A DNA stretch of 64,000 bases. It comes from a virus. Taxonomy: Duplodnaviria > Caudoviricetes. The notes under the pieces were generated by a model. The model ran no database searches, was not told the DNA's origin, and saw nothing but the letters and a program-made list of their open reading frames with translations. The translations under genes and the position numbers were made by a program. Positions 63,569 through 64,000 of the stretch are shown piece by piece. Position 1 is the stretch's first letter, and each line of letters begins with the position of its first letter. The stretch spans positions 17,685 to 81,684 of IMG/VR virus record IMGVR_UViG_2844496579_000002. The stretch is one strand, 5' to 3'.

Positions 63569-64000
63569 TTCCTCGTGCCGCGCTGCCTTACCTGATCGGC
63601 GCTGCTCTGGTGGTGGCGGCCGTGCTGGGCGTGGGCTGGTACGGCGCGCATAGGGAGGCTGCTGGTGTTGCCCGCACGCAATTGGAGGCTGCGGCTAATG
63701 CCCGCCAGATCGAGGCGCAGTATCGGCGCCAGGAACAGGAAATGGTGGCCGACTACACGAGCCGCCTGGAGAAAGCCCATGAAGCAACCCGCCTATCGAA
63801 CGCTGAGCGCGACCTTGCTGCTGGTGCTGCTGACGGCCTGCGGGACGCCATCGCCGCCCAGCGTGCCCGAGCCGCCAAAGCTGCCGCCCGCGCCGGCCTC
63901 TCTGAGCAAGCCGCTACCCGAGCCTGGGACGTTCTCAAAGCGTGCACGGACGAATATGCAGCGCTGGCAAGAGACGCTGACGCAGCAATTGACGGATTGA
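63565..64000 (+). CDS. Inner-membrane spanin (runs off the window edge)
   Basis: ATGA-coupled, N-terminal TM plus coiled coil. Confidence 0.8.
   Translation, partial: MIPRAALPYLIGAALVVAAVLGVGWYGAHREAAGVARTQLEAAANARQIEAQYRRQEQEMVADYTSRLEKAHEATRLSNAERDLAAGAADGLRDAIAAQRARAAKAAARAGLSEQAATRAWDVLKACTDEYAALARDADAAIDGL
63779..64000 (+). CDS. Embedded outer-membrane spanin lipoprotein
   Basis: Lipobox LLTAC, Pro-rich, GGAG RBS, +1 frame within the i-spanin. Confidence 0.82.
   Translation: MKQPAYRTLSATLLLVLLTACGTPSPPSVPEPPKLPPAPASLSKPLPEPGTFSKRARTNMQRWQETLTQQLTD

Larger units (their letters stand above)
28093..64000. mobile_element. Prophage 2 (BPP-1/BcepC6B/epsilon15-like temperate podovirus); right end outside the window
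   Basis: xis, RecT/YqaJ, cI/cro/cII, portal, capsid, tail tubes, internal proteins, TerS/L, fibre, lysis. Confidence 0.93.

Overview
The window is GC-rich betaproteobacterial DNA (Achromobacter/Bordetella-like, by inference). It holds two temperate podovirus-type prophages in tandem, separated by only about 1.1 kb of host DNA. Prophage 1 (<1-~26973) is lambdoid with P22-like head and tail genes: immunity region, replication, Q, terminase, portal, coat, ejection proteins, tail fibre, SGNH hydrolase, lysis genes and an att arm with IHF sites. Prophage 2 (~28093->64000) resembles BPP-1/BcepC6B/epsilon15: AlpA-type excisionase, RecT/YqaJ, immunity, replication, portal, capsid, tail tube proteins, internal virion proteins, terminase, tail fibre and lysis genes. 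The host remnant is the start of a Tad/Flp pilus locus. The flp pilin has lost its 5' end at the prophage 1 junction, and the next Tad pseudopilin gene appears cut by prophage 2. Main signals: (i) two phages inserted in adjacent tad genes; (ii) a 19-bp late-promoter motif in three identical copies, with a fixed 13-nt spacer to a -10-like hexamer, next to a candidate HTH activator; (iii) a 2OG-Fe(II) hydroxylase plus GNAT pair inside the virion module; (iv) a tail-fibre-like domain inserted in TerL; (v) protease-less repressors sharing a C-terminal domain; (vi) several candidate structured RNAs and overlapping genes. All calls come from motif and synteny recognition by eye; no database searches were run.
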